From positions 1-46,202 of the forward strand of contig MRSU01005048.1 of assembly GCA_008369845.1 (NCBI GenBank): a stretch of DNA of 46,202 nucleotides, written 5' to 3'. The DNA comes from Trichomonas gallinae. Taxonomy: Eukaryota. Made by a program: the position numbers and the translations under genes. Below, piece by piece: positions 1 to 10,579 of the stretch (position 1 is its first letter; each line of letters opens with the position of its first letter). A model generated the notes under the pieces. It did no database searches. It was not told the DNA's origin and saw nothing but the letters and a program-made list of their open reading frames with translations.

Positions 1-119
1 GATGGGCAGCGAAGAGAGAGGAACTCAGAACGTGGGTTTGGAACGAGTGTCATCTTCTTGTTCTTGTGGGCCTCCTGCTCGACAGATGGGTGGAGAATAT
101 CGACATCAAGGGTTGTCAT
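1..119 (-). CDS. RPS27: 40S ribosomal protein S27 (eS27), 5' part, runs off the window start
   Basis: Manual translation from ATG at 119: MTTLDVDILHPSVEQEAHKNKKMTLVPNPRSEFLSLRCP, matching the eS27 N-terminus pattern (DLLHP...KHKxKRLV..PNSxFMDVKCP). Not in the ORF track. Confidence 0.92.
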   Translation of the reverse strand, partial: MTTLDVDILHPSVEQEAHKNKKMTLVPNPRSEFLSLRCP

Positions 120-122
120 TTC

Positions 123-127
123 AAAGG
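123..127 (-). promoter_or_regulatory. M5 (CCTTT) initiator-type core promoter element
   Basis: Sense strand reads gtccctCCTTTgaaATG. M5 is the known Inr alternative enriched on T. vaginalis ribosomal protein genes. Confidence 0.7.
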
Positions 128-1220
128 AGGGACCACAACTTTACATATCGTCCTGATTTTTTTTTTCTTCTTTTTTTTTTTGATCCTTTTTTAGAGTATT
201 AATTCGAACAATAACCACTCCAGATAACTCAAATTAATATCGATATCACTCCGAAGCCATTAATCTAGTTGAAATCATCAAATTGTTTAACAAATTATAT
301 TCATTTACGAATAGTTTGCTTCAACAGACAAAAGTGTTGAAATTTGTTTGAAAGTTCCCATTGTTGAGTCAACATCTCTCCTAGCTGATGCATTACTAAG
401 CATTACTATTCAATAACTTTTCTCTCTATACTAAAACATCATACATATCAATATACGTTTGTATCCTGCGTAGATTAACAAGTTAAACTTATCACAATCA
501 TCTGACCATTCGATATCGACGAGGAAAGGTCAATATCCACCTTGTAATTTGATGAAAAAGCATGCATATATGCGATCAACAAAATGATTAGTGATCATTA
601 TTTTTAATTAAAACTTTCAAGACACGAATTTACTATAACATGTTCCAAAATGCCTAGTTTCTGGTTCATACAATCGTTTTATATGAAAGATGATTGCATG
701 AATCAGAAGTTCGACATTTTTGAAGAATAATTCATATCTTCAAAAATATTTTCGTTCTTTGATTCTATGCATGTTATTACAATACTACTCATATCATAAT
801 ATTTATTTTGTGCATCCTCTGTATTTAATTTTTAATATGAATTAGAAATATTTGAGATAATGATGGTAATCATTTGAGATTATGTATTGACACTGATATG
901 TTCATTCTCAAAACATATGACAGTTGAATATTTTTCAAGGATTTATAAATTTTAGCAAAAGATATACAACTCTTTCATCATTATCAAGTATAGCAAAGTC
1001 ATCAATAACACATCATAAGTTGACTATTTTCATTCACATATATTCAACAGAACAGTCAGAAATCAAAAACACATCAATAGTTTACATGTCAAAATGACAA
1101 TTAATTTATCACTTTTTACAGAAATTCCATACATCACATAACTAATTGCTTCTATTATATCATTTTTCCAAAAAAAAAATCTTTTATATAAACGTTGAGA
1201 GTTTAGAAATTCATTTTTTC

Positions 1221-3497
1221 ATGGATTTGGACATTGAAGATCCAAATGGTGAAAATGATATAGAAATCAATATACTTCAGCCGTCTAAATTCTATGAGGA
1301 TCTTCTTCCGAAAGTTATGATTGATTATACAAGATTGGATCCAACAAATTGGGCAAATTTCGAAGATTATGCGGTTACAGAACTACCTTTACTTAACGAA
1401 CAATCCATACTTTTATATCTTGACCAATTTTGTCAAGATTTCAATGAAACAACACAGGAAACAATATTCACAGATGTAACAGACGTAGTTGCAGACGTAG
1501 GACAATACTTATGCGAACTAGTTCCGTCTAAATCAGCATATCAGATTGCCTGCAACTGGCCTCCGCTTCTTCCAAGTTCATCTCCATATCAAAATGCATT
1601 AATTTCAGTCATTCTACGTATTTTGAGAAACATTACAGACCAGACGAAATTCTATCACTTCATAAAGTTCGGATTTTTCAAAAAAATCTGGACTACGAAA
1701 TCTTGTTTTACAAATCAGTATCTTGTTTCAGTAGCACGTGTTAAATACAAAGGGAAAGACAACTACTGGGCAATGATTGATCAAGACAGACAATTTAAAT
1801 TATATGAAATAAAAGATCCACAAACAGTCAAAAACAACAAGGATAAAAGCGGTTGTGAAATGAAAATATGCGGAAATATTTTAAAAGCTTATGTAAGTGT
1901 CAAAGAAAATAACTGCGAAATTGTTGATGTAAATAATAAGACATTATGCGTATTTTCATTCGTAGGAAAAGAATTGTCTCAGTTCTGGGAGTTTCTTTAT
2001 ACAAGACAAAAGATTCCATTCCCTTTTTACATGCAAGATTCAGCAGATTTCTATCCAGATGAGGTTTATGAGGCAATGCATAATATGGTCACCGCAAATG
2101 ACTCTGTTGTACTCAACTCACTTCTTAATTCAGACATGTTCGAACCAAAGATTTGGGAATCTCTTGTTAGAGTCTACGCACACGCTAGAAAAACGATTTT
2201 CTTGGTCGAAGGAATCACAGCATTCACTTTTAACGACGATTTTGAGTTTAACGTCGACTCATTCGATGTTCCAAATCATTTCGTTCTTTTTTGCCGCGCG
2301 ATTGGAAAAGTTTACTGGAAAAACTACATGGACGAGTTCATGAACAAGATTGTTGCATTAGTGGATTATCACGACGACATAGATTCTGCGGACGTCGCTT
2401 TGATAGACGAAAGTGTTGCGCAGTCAATAGTTTTCAACGTTTTAAAGTACATTGTGCAAAGCCACTCTTATGTACCTAAAGAGTGGAGCTATGCGATGAA
2501 TATCATCAGGCAGTACTGCAACGTGAGATATAACAGCCAGGCTAAGACTTTGCTCGCTCTTGGAATTTTCTTCAAATCGATAATCCACTCTTTCTTCAAA
2601 GAAAACACGAAATTCTCGAAAGGAATGAACCTAGCTCACCCAGAGAATTTCCCGATGATAGGATACTTGCTTTCCATCCCGCTGCAGTTCTGCATCTATT
2701 CAGCAAACACTCAGAGATTTGCCAGTTGGAACAAAAGGCTCGAAAAGCACTTCTTCCCGAAATACGCCGAGTTTTTGTTCAGAATATCAGACTACAAAGA
2801 AACAGAGTTTGAGTTTGAAATTCCAGACAACAAAATGCTTGGATATTCAGTCAAAAATCTGCTGAAATATTTCATGACTTTCGATTTCAACGAAAAACTC
2901 AAACAGGAGCTCGTCAGGCAGATGGACGACAAATCACGCATCGCGACACTGCCTGGATGGAATTTTTGCGTTGTTTTATCGAACTTGTTCGTGCACATGA
3001 CTGATCCGAGTGAATTCGTCAAAAAGAAGAAAGAGCCGATTGTCTTAAAACCAATTTCCTTGCCGAAGAATCTGCCGCAGTATGGAGCGAATTACGTAAC
3101 AAACGCCAATTTATCTGATTTCAAACAACTCACACAAACTAAACAGAAGAGGAAAACAGGCGAAAACAGAAGAGGAATGGGAATAGAGATAAATAAACCC
3201 GACGAAAATGAAGAAGAGAAATATGTTATTCCTAATTTCGAGGAAATTCCAACACTTGAGTTGCCTGACTTGCCTGCAGCAAAGAGATGGAAGCCGACAA
3301 CATTGTCTGACAGTGATGCTGTTTCTGATTCTACTAGCGACATAGATTATAGACCAAAATCAAAATATCGGTCTAAGAAAGATAACAGGAAGAAATCTAA
3401 GAGAAAAGAGATAGATAATAGATCTACTGGAAGCATAATTTCATTTGGAGCTAGAATTGACTCCGATAAAGATGATGAAAGTTATGAATTCCAATAG
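1221..3497 (+). CDS. PH-like + degenerate RasGAP-fold protein with basic/acidic low-complexity tail
   Basis: Long ORF. The true start is probably ATG 1221, directly after Inr TCATTT (1211-1216). PH-like beta region (NYWAMIDQDRQFKLY...SQFW), then helical GAP-like motifs (KYIVQSHSYVPKEW...IIRQYCNVRYNS). Paralogous to 20540-22624. Confidence 0.6.
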   Translation: MDLDIEDPNGENDIEINILQPSKFYEDLLPKVMIDYTRLDPTNWANFEDYAVTELPLLNEQSILLYLDQFCQDFNETTQETIFTDVTDVVADVGQYLCELVPSKSAYQIACNWPPLLPSSSPYQNALISVILRILRNITDQTKFYHFIKFGFFKKIWTTKSCFTNQYLVSVARVKYKGKDNYWAMIDQDRQFKLYEIKDPQTVKNNKDKSGCEMKICGNILKAYVSVKENNCEIVDVNNKTLCVFSFVGKELSQFWEFLYTRQKIPFPFYMQDSADFYPDEVYEAMHNMVTANDSVVLNSLLNSDMFEPKIWESLVRVYAHARKTIFLVEGITAFTFNDDFEFNVDSFDVPNHFVLFCRAIGKVYWKNYMDEFMNKIVALVDYHDDIDSADVALIDESVAQSIVFNVLKYIVQSHSYVPKEWSYAMNIIRQYCNVRYNSQAKTLLALGIFFKSIIHSFFKENTKFSKGMNLAHPENFPMIGYLLSIPLQFCIYSANTQRFASWNKRLEKHFFPKYAEFLFRISDYKETEFEFEIPDNKMLGYSVKNLLKYFMTFDFNEKLKQELVRQMDDKSRIATLPGWNFCVVLSNLFVHMTDPSEFVKKKKEPIVLKPISLPKNLPQYGANYVTNANLSDFKQLTQTKQKRKTGENRRGMGIEINKPDENEEEKYVIPNFEEIPTLELPDLPAAKRWKPTTLSDSDAVSDSTSDIDYRPKSKYRSKKDNRKKSKRKEIDNRSTGSIISFGARIDSDKDDESYEFQ

Positions 3498-3518
3498 ATT
3501 CGAAATTTTTGTATGTAT

Positions 3519-3562
3519 GTATTTGTATATTAAATTTATTGTATTTGTATATTAAATTTATT
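3519..3562. repeat. Perfect 22-bp tandem duplication (GTATTTGTATATTAAATTTATT x2) in the 3' UTR region
   Basis: Directly visible: 3519-3540 = 3541-3562. Confidence 0.9.
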
Positions 3563-3960
3563 GTTTTTCAATACAAATAATTCGTTGGAAAAACATGTCA
3601 TCTTTAGTACAAAATCCAATGAAAAATAACATTTATTTAGACTACGGAAAACATAGATTGTTATTTGCTTTCACTCTTCTACAGACATTCAACGATTTTA
3701 TAAAATAAGTTGAACATCCAACACAAGACAGTGTTTATGCTTTCTTTAATGAATATTTAGAAAAAATATAACATATCTCATATTCTATCATGCAATACAT
3801 GCCAAATTACATTAAAATAATCTCATCTAAGCTCGCTGTCAAATAATGAACGTGAAATCGACAATGTAAATTTACAAATGTCAAATTTTGAAGGAAATTT
3901 GTCATGTAAAATTAGAAAAAGAAGCCACTTCTGCCATGTAAAATAGTAAAATTTTGACAA

Positions 3961-6669
3961 ATGTCTGAATCAATCAAGAAGGTATCTGATTATGGCGCTG
4001 AGTTCATCAAAAACAATGGACTCTTCGCCAAGAAAGAGTCAATTTCTTTCAGCTATGATGAAATTGAGCAAATTTTCCAACAATTCAAACAGAACACAGA
4101 TATTAATTTCATTGCAGGCTTCGTTTCAGCATTTTGCAATTCGATTATAGCTAACTGGGGATCATTTACTCCAGAACATAAAGAAAATATTAAAATTCTA
4201 GTAATCCAAAATATACAAGTTCAAATTCCTGCTCAATATGCTCTTCGTCTTTCATTTTTCATATCAAATCTTTACAGAATGCTAAATTCCGAATGGAAAG
4301 AGCTTTCTTCAATGATTTTTGATTCCGAATCAATATCAGATGTTTTAGCCTATATTTACATCGGAACTTTCGATGCATTTACACAAGAATACATTCAAGC
4401 AAACAAAGAAAAGATTATAATCAGAACTTTCCAATTCATCGAGAAATCATCAATTACTGTCCAATTAAGATTAATGAACATATTATGCTGCATCGATGAT
4501 ATCAAATTATCAGATGAACAACTCAAACTTCTTTGGAATTATATTTTTGAAATTGTAAATAAGCGTCCATCAGCTTTAATTGTAGCTCATACAATATTGA
4601 CGGGTATTTTCAGAGAGTACACTACAATTCAATCACTCCAAAAACCAGAAATTAATGATTCGAATTTCAATACTGCTCTTAGATTGTTATTTGTTTTCAC
4701 TCCTCAACAGACAATCGAAATTATTACGAAATATGTTGAAAATTCAACACAAGACAAAGTTGATGCTTTCAATAGCGAATTTCTTGATACAATTCAACCA
4801 GATCAGCTTTCTGCGATATATGATTTCATATTTGGCGATAATGAGTCCAAAGTCAAGCGCCTTGCAGCTTGTGCACCAATAATTCCATATTTACAAAATT
4901 CAAATCCAAAATTCATCGAAAATGCAACAGAAATCCTCAAAGCAACATCAGAAATCGAAGATAAATCACAGTTCTTTGCTCTCCTCAAGTATGGATCATC
5001 AGTTCTTCTTGGTCGTGAAAAACTTCAATTTGTATCTGACACACTTCTTAATTTGATGACGAAAGACGACGAAACAGCCAAGACAGCAGCTGAAATTGCC
5101 ATCTCAGCATTCAAGTTCGGCATCGTCAAAACACGCCAGCACATGAAAGCGATTTTATCAAAGTTCAAAGAAATCTCTGTAAATCTCCACAGCCAGTTCA
5201 TATTGGCTCTCGACTCATTGGCGAACGCAGATGACTTCGATGCGTTTTTGATTTCCCCACTTGTCGCCTTTGCATCTGAGATCCTCAAGAATCCAAACTC
5301 ATCATTACAAGAAAAGACATCAACATTCACATTAGTTTGCTCGTTGGCAGAACGCGATGAAAACTTATCATCCACATTATCAGGTCCACTTCTTGACAAC
5401 CTTCCAGCATTGCTTGATGGTGATGCTCAGTCAAAGCAAGCTGCAATGCAGACAATCTACATGCTCGCTGTCATGAATCCTAAAGTTCTGTCAAATAGGG
5501 TACAACCGTCTGACATTGACAAAATCATGCAGTTTACTATGGACGAAAGTGTCAGTTCAGAAGTCAGAGGTGCTATCGGAGAGTCGCTCACAGGTTACAT
5601 AGCCAGCATTCAACAGCGCGATCTCTACCAGCCACTAGCCAAACTTATTGATTCATTCTTGTTGAGCGGAAACAGAAATCTTTGCATTTCAGGATCAACA
5701 ATGATCATCATCGCTAGCGACTGCTTCGACGGCAGACTCGCGCAGAATGTTATGCTTTCATGTGCGCGCGCTGCTTCAGCGACAGACTATGCACCATTGT
5801 TCAATTCATATGTTGAGGGACTCAGAAGACTTGCTGCAGCAAATCCAGTAGACAAGTGGCACCTCGATTTCTCACTTGATGTTGTTATCGGGTTTGTCAA
5901 AGTCGCAGAAATTGAGCCAGTCTCTGCATGGTACAACTTGAGGACTCCGCTTTATTCATATTTCACAACTGTTGTACAGAAACTCGGCCAGTTCGCAGCT
6001 CCATTAATTCAGTACCTCCTCGACATTGTTGCTGACTGCGTTGACCCGATGGTTGACTTAGTTTTCGAGCCGGTCAAGCGTGTCTACGAGATGAATTTAA
6101 TCGACGACAGCACGAAGACAAAGCTCATTGAGACATGCTGCTCTAAGTCTCTTACTGCTAAGTCATTCTGCATGCTCAATTTCGCTGTCAACAATGTTGC
6201 TGATCCGCAGAGCTTCGCCGACAACGTTGCTGAAAGCTTGGAGACCGCTAATGAAGACGAAAAGAATCCTGACGATGAGTGGCGCTGCAACCTCGCTGTT
6301 GCTATTCTCACTCTCCAAGGACGCGGTGCTAACTTCGAGGACGATGACATTGTCGATGCTGTTGCTTGCTTCCCGCCTGATGCTGCTTACAAGATCAGCG
6401 ATGAGATGTGCTCGCATATTATCAGGCTCTGCAAACAGGAGAACAACTCTGTTGATATTAAAGTTGCTCTCTCTGAAGCTGTCTTCGACTTTTTATTACT
6501 TTCCAAGCAGGAAATCAACCAGCATGGCATTCAGACATCATCTGTTGCACAGTTGCGTGACGTATTCAAGACAGTCGTGAAATCTGACAAAGAAGTCGAA
6601 AAGGAAATGACAGCTTACTGTAAGGGAGTGAAATCCAAGATCGGCAAGCTTAACCAGTTAATTCGCTAA
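3961..6669 (+). CDS. HEAT/ARM-repeat alpha-solenoid protein (importin-beta-like fold, function unknown)
   Basis: 902-aa ORF with amphipathic helical periodicity and HEAT-like motifs (SSEVRGAIGESL, DEWRCNLAVAI). Confidence 0.6.
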   Translation: MSESIKKVSDYGAEFIKNNGLFAKKESISFSYDEIEQIFQQFKQNTDINFIAGFVSAFCNSIIANWGSFTPEHKENIKILVIQNIQVQIPAQYALRLSFFISNLYRMLNSEWKELSSMIFDSESISDVLAYIYIGTFDAFTQEYIQANKEKIIIRTFQFIEKSSITVQLRLMNILCCIDDIKLSDEQLKLLWNYIFEIVNKRPSALIVAHTILTGIFREYTTIQSLQKPEINDSNFNTALRLLFVFTPQQTIEIITKYVENSTQDKVDAFNSEFLDTIQPDQLSAIYDFIFGDNESKVKRLAACAPIIPYLQNSNPKFIENATEILKATSEIEDKSQFFALLKYGSSVLLGREKLQFVSDTLLNLMTKDDETAKTAAEIAISAFKFGIVKTRQHMKAILSKFKEISVNLHSQFILALDSLANADDFDAFLISPLVAFASEILKNPNSSLQEKTSTFTLVCSLAERDENLSSTLSGPLLDNLPALLDGDAQSKQAAMQTIYMLAVMNPKVLSNRVQPSDIDKIMQFTMDESVSSEVRGAIGESLTGYIASIQQRDLYQPLAKLIDSFLLSGNRNLCISGSTMIIIASDCFDGRLAQNVMLSCARAASATDYAPLFNSYVEGLRRLAAANPVDKWHLDFSLDVVIGFVKVAEIEPVSAWYNLRTPLYSYFTTVVQKLGQFAAPLIQYLLDIVADCVDPMVDLVFEPVKRVYEMNLIDDSTKTKLIETCCSKSLTAKSFCMLNFAVNNVADPQSFADNVAESLETANEDEKNPDDEWRCNLAVAILTLQGRGANFEDDDIVDAVACFPPDAAYKISDEMCSHIIRLCKQENNSVDIKVALSEAVFDFLLLSKQEINQHGIQTSSVAQLRDVFKTVVKSDKEVEKEMTAYCKGVKSKIGKLNQLIR

Positions 6670-6794
6670 TTTATTTTAGAATTTTATTATTATATAAACT
6701 ATAGACATTCATTCTTTTCTCAAACAATATTCATCTTTTTATTGACCTCCAAAAACCAACTATCGCATTTTTGACGATATCCATGAAATACCAT

Positions 6795-7040
6795 TATTAG
6801 TTTCTCATGTTTTCAGCAGATATGTTAATATAAAATGCTATTAGTAGCAACTGCATCTGTATGTGAATGCATTATATATTTATAAATTTAAAAAATCAGT
6901 TGAATTCGGTACTATTTAAGCAAAAGAAAAAAAAAAAAAAGGTAAAACTCCATTATATAGAGTTGCATCATATAATATGGTTAAAACCATAGCAAAATTG
7001 GTTGAGCTTGGTGTAAATATCGAAGTAAAAGAGAAATACA
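6795..7040 (+). pseudogene. Ankyrin-repeat gene remnant
   Basis: 6941-7039 translates GKTPLYRVASYNMVKTIAKLVELGVNIEVKEKY (ankyrin consensus G-TPL--A...L---GA-I--KD). Upstream LVSH-like fragments are broken by stops and a poly-A run. Confidence 0.7.
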
Positions 7041-7231
7041 CAATTAGAATCCATAACATAAGATGCGATGATTGAGGATATAATAATAAACTTTTATTTG
7101 TATTCCACTATTGTGACTGCTTGTACTTTTTAAAATTTTGCTCTTTTTTTTAATTAATGCTATCAAGATCCTAATAAACAAAAGATACAATTCAATTATT
7201 TTTTTACAAATGAAATAAAATATAAAAATAA

Positions 7232-8920
7232 TTATATTAATTGAGCGGAATATCTCTTGAGAATTGCTGAGTCTGGGCATGATTTGATTGCCTGCTGGTA
7301 AAGCTTGTGACGGTCTGGATGTCCTAATCCGATTAAAAGAGCAGTACCGTTCTGAACGACGCCGCTAATCTTGTTGAGGTTCTTCAGGGCCTGCAAGACG
7401 TTGTTCTGGACATTAGGAATCAAGTTGATTTGGACTTTGAAGCCAGATTCGAGTAAGAATATGAAGAAGGAGAGGCAGTTCATTGCAACGTGTGGCTCCT
7501 TTGAATGAACAGCAAGCATCAATGATGCTGTGATGTGAACTTTCTTATCAACGCAGAACTGTGGAACTCCGCGAACAGCGAAGCCGAACGTTAAGAAGAA
7601 GTTGGAGATGATCTCTGGGTTCTTTGGATACTTCTTCGCTATGTCATGAAGCTTTTCGACAACTTTGCAAGCATAATTCTTTTCTTCTTCCGAAACATCA
7701 GTTCTATCCTTGTAATCTAATCCTTTCTTCTGTTCAGCGGACCAAACAACCATAGAACGTGATAAAATGATTGAAGCAGCAGACAAAAATGGAACTTCTG
7801 TTTTATCATTAATATAATCGAGAATCCATTCGCAGTTCTTAGGACCTTCGAGATACTTCGTATAAGCTGGGAGGAAAGCAACTTTAGAAAGTGAAACTAA
7901 AGAACAATTATTTTTGATTTTAAATAATGCATCAATATATTTCATATTTGAGCCAATTTTGCCTGTCAATTCCTGTGTTATATTGCACGATGAAATGGAA
8001 TAGAGCAAATCTTCCAGTTCTGCTCCTTCATAATTATAATCTAAAGCTTTTTCGAGAATGTCGTAAATTCCTGCTTCAGTAGCCTTCTTCATGGACTCAT
8101 CGTCAGCAGCTTTGATGAATTTGAGGATTTTAGAGAGAAGTTGTGGAGAAATGTCTTTTAATGAAGGAACGAAGCGATTTAAGTTTGAAAAATCGTAGAC
8201 ACCATCAGCAAAGAACTGAATGCCTAAATCTGAAAGAGCTTCGACGATTTTTGTATTGTAAATAAATAATCTCATTAATGGGAAGATAATTCTGCCAACA
8301 CCACGAGAATTGAGCTTCTTGGCGCCTTGTTCTGTGATTTGGTTCTGCTTCAAGAACAATTTGAGCTTCAGGCATTGAACGAGAAATTCGTCCTGATCAT
8401 AGGAAAGTTCTACGAGTTCTCTGTATGGCTTAACGTCATCATCTGTTGTGCTGAAGCTTGGAACACCGACATGTTGAAGGAACATTCTAAATCCTTGGTC
8501 GATTTCTTTAACAGATGCGTTTTTCTTAGCGATAGAGTACTCACCTAATGCTGCAGTAATGTTTTCCTTTGACTCGAAAACCTGTCCAAGCCTGAAATGA
8601 GCATTTGCGAAGTGTATTTTAAGTGGATCATTTTCGATTGGAGTTTTTCTAAGCTCATTGTATGATTTAATTATTCTGTTAGCATCTTCGATAGCTATAT
8701 CGGACTTGTCGAGCATTACTGCGCACTGTGCACGTGCAGCGAGTAATGAAAATAATAATTCTGTTTCTTCTTCCGAATTTCCTTGAATGCTGTCGATAAT
8801 TGGCGAAATGATGCCAAAAGCAACCTTATAACGGCGCTGTGAGACCAACTTTAGGACATTTTCTGCTTCTTCCCGAAGTTTTTCCATCGAAAATGGCCGA
8901 ACACTTTCATTCTTTTTCAT
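7232..8920 (-). CDS. N-terminal TPR + C-terminal ARM-like repeat protein
   Basis: 562 aa. TPR-like helices (LLAARAQCAVML..AIEDA; NAHFRLGQVFESKENITAALGEYSIA), then ARM-like helical repeats. Confidence 0.65.
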   Translation of the reverse strand: MKKNESVRPFSMEKLREEAENVLKLVSQRRYKVAFGIISPIIDSIQGNSEEETELLFSLLAARAQCAVMLDKSDIAIEDANRIIKSYNELRKTPIENDPLKIHFANAHFRLGQVFESKENITAALGEYSIAKKNASVKEIDQGFRMFLQHVGVPSFSTTDDDVKPYRELVELSYDQDEFLVQCLKLKLFLKQNQITEQGAKKLNSRGVGRIIFPLMRLFIYNTKIVEALSDLGIQFFADGVYDFSNLNRFVPSLKDISPQLLSKILKFIKAADDESMKKATEAGIYDILEKALDYNYEGAELEDLLYSISSCNITQELTGKIGSNMKYIDALFKIKNNCSLVSLSKVAFLPAYTKYLEGPKNCEWILDYINDKTEVPFLSAASIILSRSMVVWSAEQKKGLDYKDRTDVSEEEKNYACKVVEKLHDIAKKYPKNPEIISNFFLTFGFAVRGVPQFCVDKKVHITASLMLAVHSKEPHVAMNCLSFFIFLLESGFKVQINLIPNVQNNVLQALKNLNKISGVVQNGTALLIGLGHPDRHKLYQQAIKSCPDSAILKRYSAQLI

Positions 8921-9913
8921 CTATTTTTGCGTTATTTGAACTCATTACACGCCATTTTTATTAAATATTCATCAAAATTTTGTCTAAATTTAACTTAATC
9001 GATTTTAACTGAAATTTATAAGGAAATAGCTCGGTAAACATGCAGCAAACATTCTAATAAAGCTTGGGTCGTAATATTTTAATCATTTATTCAATATATT
9101 TATCAGAAATTAAAATAATAAAGTTTTATTGCAAGTGCAATTAAATAATGCATCTTTATAAGTGTGATAGCATGAAAATTCACTCCAATACATAAAAAGA
9201 CAGAATGAGATTTTGATTTTTATTATTATCTTTTATTTTGATGCATATACGATTTGTGTGATGCATATATAGTGTCATATTGCTGTAGAATGAATATAGT
9301 TGTTTATTGTTTAATTGAAACTCGATTTTTTGTAAATTCGAAATATTCTTTCAAGGACATTGATACATTTAGCAGTGATAATGAATGAAAACTCCCAAAT
9401 TTTTATCACTGTTTCCATAATCTGTATATTTTCTATCTATTTTAATATTTTATTTTTTTTTTAACCAGATATTTCATAAAAACAATAAATTCTATAACAA
9501 ACTGATGCTTTTAAATCTATATATTAAAGTATTATACAAATAAATTCCAAAAAACATACCAAAGTAGAGTTATACGCTATTGAAAAAGCACATTCACGCA
9601 GTCATTGAAGTCAGCTTATCTCTGTATATGATTGCAGGAAGTCATTGACATTCATATAAAACCATAGAATACTTATATACAATGATATTATATGATAAAT
9701 GGGCAAATACATCAGTATATATCAAACTGTTGTGTAATTAGTTATTTATTAATCGAAAAAGTTTAATTTATTTGATACCTGAAGCAAATCATGGATGGAC
9801 ACGCATATAGTGGAATGATATACACACATATCAGAATGTGTTTATAATACTTTTCCTGAAAAATTTCAAAAAGAAAAGGCATGAAAGCTAATAACCTTAT
9901 TTTCTGAAATTTT

Positions 9914-10048
9914 GAAAAATCAAACTCGACTCCTAATTGTTTAATTCCTTAGATATCTTATGAATACCATATTCAACATGCCTATATAACACCAGCAAAG
10001 ATTAAAACAATTTACTCAAGTATTTCAAGTTTTCAATTCCTTTCAAGA
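9914..10048 (+). repeat. Dispersed ~135-bp degenerate repeat, copy 1 (probable transposon relic)
   Basis: Colinear similarity to 39934-40068 (caaactcga..taattgtttaa.tc.ttagatatc...ctatataa...ttcctttcaa). Confidence 0.75.
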
Positions 10049-10579
10049 ATATTACTGTTTGCTAAATAAATAAAGGAATGATTGTCAGTAACAAGCACTT
10101 GTATGTTTTCTAATTCCAATCGGTTGAACTTCGTCTTTGTTGCCTGTAAAATTACAACATAACAATTTGAGACTTGTGTTCCTTTCAATTACGAATACAG
10201 ATACATTACAATATGCATCAATACCCAATACTAATTAGTAATTTAGTCTTTTTTTGCTTAGCGTAAAAAAAATATTTGATCGTTATTTTTATGAAGGGAT
10301 CAAAATCAATTGAAAAGTGCAAATGATTTGCAATGATATGCTATATATTTTTAAGCATTATTGTTAATATTTTGTCGACTATTTTTTTCTGAACACAAAC
10401 AAAAAATTGAATGAGTTAGCGACAATGTAAAATTTTATTTTTACTATATAATCAAAATACACTAAATTTTCATAATTGAATTTTATAAAATTATTTGTAA
10501 ACATAACAAATATTTAAGGTAACTATATCAAAATATTGAATACAAAAAGTTTATCCCCGACGGTTGCATTTAAAATAAA

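Noticed and set aside
2..202. Plus-strand 66-aa ORF in the track
   Set aside because: Antisense shadow of RPS27 and its promoter.
240..1050. Possible decayed coding sequence in the RPS27/GAP-like spacer
   Set aside because: Composition hints at pseudogene debris, but I could not recover a recognisable translation.
1146..1220. Upstream extensions from TTG/GTG starts (also 15732, 20438, 44969)
   Set aside because: Eukaryotic genes. These extensions run through AT-rich promoter and Inr sequence, so downstream ATGs were preferred.
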